NCBI RefSeq assembly: GCF_001194135.2
Contig: NC_068983.1
Location: 61,158,136-61,222,135, forward strand
Length of the DNA: 64,000 nucleotides
From: Octopus bimaculoides
Lineage: Eukaryota
Reading direction: 5' to 3'
Shown here piece by piece: positions 61,870 to 64,000 of this stretch. Every line of letters starts with the position of its first letter. Within the stretch, counting starts at the first letter, position 1. Below the pieces are notes generated by a model. That model worked only from the letters and a program-made list of their open reading frames with translations, ran no database searches and was not told where the DNA came from. Both the position numbers and the translations under genes were made by a program.

Positions 61870-62545
61870 ATTAGACTACAGCTTTATTGGGACACTGCTC
61901 TGGAAAGTTTCATTGGTCAAATGGACTCCTGTACTTATTTTATTGGTCACTTTTTGCAAAACTACTAAGTTATGGGAGACATAAGCTAACCAATGCAGGT
62001 TGTCAAGGGGTTAGTGATAAACACAAAGATGCATATATGTATAATGAAGTGTATAAACAGCTCCTTCAACTTGGTCTGAATCTGCCCAAGTTGAAGCTCC
62101 TTCAACTTGGTCTGAATCTGCCCTACCAAACCCTTCCTCACTCCTGCCATGTTTTTTCCTCCATCGACTGTAACACACCGAAGCTGATTCCACTGAAGGT
62201 TATAGTTTTGCAAAGTTTTCTGCACCTCTATGAAAATATCTTCTCCAGTTGTTGTTCCATGTATATTGCAAATGATGCCATTTCTTCTATAACCTCAAAG
62301 TTGCAATTAACACCACAAAGAAGTTGTGACGTACTAGAGAGATCACTAGACTCATTTGCAAGAGAATACCACAAAAATTTCTTAGCTTTCTCATGTATCT
62401 GTAACTGTATATTCTCTCCAAGTTCTATTCTCTGCACAAATGAACTTGCTGAAAGACTGATATAGCCAAACATGTTAGCTTTTTTAGGACACAAGTCATT
62501 TGCTGCTTCCATCATGCACTCATTTAAATGGTTTTCCTCGCTCTG
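61870..62545 (-). mobile_element. hAT (SPIN/OC1-, GTF2IRD2-like) transposase fossil
   Basis: KKANMFGYISLS..YSLANESSDLSSTSQL; YNLQWNQLRCVTVDGGKNMAGVRKGLVG..IHFIIH. Confidence 0.8.
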
Positions 62546-62561
62546 CCAACTTATTCACTAT

Positions 62562-63351
62562 TTTGATTCCAACTATATTGGACCATCTGAAACAAATCAG
62601 CAAGGTAAAGAAGCTGGACAAGTGGGTACCACACGAATTGAACGAGTATCAAATGACACATCATCTTGAAATTGGTCCTTTGCTGTCACAGTGTAAAAGT
62701 GAACCATTTTTGCATTGTATTGTTATGTGTAAGGAAAAATAGATTCTTTTCAACAATAGCAAGTGTTCTGCACAGTCATTGGATAGAGACGAAGTGCCAA
62801 AACACAATCCAAAAAAGAATATTCACCAAAAAAAGCTAATGGTGTCTGTTTGGTGGTCCAGTGCTGGTGTCATCCACTACAGCTTCATGATACCTGGTAA
62901 GTCAATTACAGTGGATGTATACATCAACCAATTGGATGCAATGGTGAGTGAACTTACAATTAAACAACTGAGATTGGTCAACAGAGACAGGTCAATCACA
63001 TGTTGCACAAAGAACGCTACTCAAGTTACAGGAACTGAACTTGGAAGTACACTGTTATCTACCATATTCACCAGACTTTGCACCAACTGACTAGCACGTT
63101 TTCCAGGCATTAGACAACATTTTGCAAGGAAAAAACTTCAGATCTGAAGAAGATGCAAAAACAACCTTTTGTGATTTCATTACCTTGCTCTCCAGAATTC
63201 TTCGTTGCCGGCATAAATAAGCTACCGATGAAATGGCAAAATCATGTTAATAATTTAGGTGCATACTTTGATTAACTGCATTGTTTTTTGTTGAGATAAA
63301 GTAAAATAAACTTTCAGTTTAAAATCGGACATTTCATTCTTAATGACTTGA
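62562..63351 (+). mobile_element. Mariner (Hsmar1-like) 3' part with TIR
   Basis: KKLDKWVPHEL; HQKKLMVSVWWSSAGVIHY; YSPDFAPTD; TIR ...cattcttaatgacttga-TA. Confidence 0.88.
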
Positions 63352-63921
63352 TATGTAGAAGCTCCCTGCTGGTTTGTTGAGAGTTAAATGTGTACTGTCA
63401 TCTTAATGGCTCTGCAAATCAGATGTATTATTTAAACTGTCAAAACTGCCATATTTACTGTTTAAGCCGTCAATATGATCAGATGTACTCTTTGAAAACT
63501 ACTCTGTGTGTGATTTAAATTACCAGCTGGGTCTGAAATTGAAAGGAATTTGGTTCACTATAATTTGGTGTGTTTCTTTTTAATTTGTAATTTACTCAGT
63601 CATTTTTTTCTATACTTACTGACATATTTATATATACACAGATCCTATCCACATACACTTCACATAACCACACAACTCATAACTGTAAATGTGCATAAAA
63701 CATGTCAATATGTATATGATATTAATTGACCTATATTTATATATATATAAATAAGATAGTGGTACAACAATGCATCAATATTTACTTGAAATAACAGTCG
63801 ATAATATACGACGCCATTGTAAAGCTTCACTGTATATATATACTGGCAAACTTGTTAGTGAGTGGTGAACATAAAAAATTTCATCTTACCTGTAGGAAGA
63901 ACATTAAATAAATGTACAACC

Positions 63922-64000
63922 CATCATCATCATCATCATCATCATCGTTTAACGTCCGCTTTCCATGCTAGCATGGGTTGGATGATTTGACTGAGGACTG
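63922..64000 (-). mobile_element. RTE tail copy running off the window end
   Basis: (CAT)n-cgtttaacgtccgctttccatgctagcatggg. Confidence 0.85.

Noticed and set aside
61588-61968. 126-aa ORF as a complete gene
   Set aside because: Only 61659-61821 matches BLTP3; the flanks are intron, bounded by canonical splice sites
63866-63912. Recursive-splice-like CAG/GTAAG on minus at 63890 (also CAG/GTGAG on plus at 22704)
   Set aside because: An 8-mer of this kind is expected occasionally in 128 kb of both strands; the better-looking site is antisense to the known gene

Overview
AT-rich, microsatellite- and transposon-dense animal genomic DNA. The SINE, RTE and mariner repertoire and the TTAGGG repeats suggest an octopus or other cephalopod; this is inferred, not verified. 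There are two assembly gaps (10330-11007, 18907-18973). Two host genes are supported, both on +. The first is the last two coding exons of a multi-C2H2 zinc-finger gene (727-896, 1569-3125; 9 fingers plus an acidic tail). The second is the first two coding exons of BLTP3 (UHRF1BP1/UHRF1BP1L, SHIP164 family) at 21427-21470 and 61659-61821, separated by a 40.2-kb intron. The rest is mostly TE debris: RTE, CR1 and Gypsy fragments, Tc1/mariner and hAT fossils, tRNA-derived SINEs, MITEs and a solo LTR nested in a mariner. The most unusual structure is a ~970-bp cassette at 6244-7210. It consists of two adjacent fold-back elements carrying four Penelope-type minimal hammerhead ribozyme cores in alternating polarity. 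One of them is the tail of a tRNA-headed (Pol III) SINE. These copies look partly or fully inactivated. Also notable are two GGATC-ended, 8-bp-TSD MITEs carrying internal inverted telomeric arrays, and a CpG-retaining island in the middle of the BLTP3 intron. No prokaryotic, CRISPR or rRNA features were seen.
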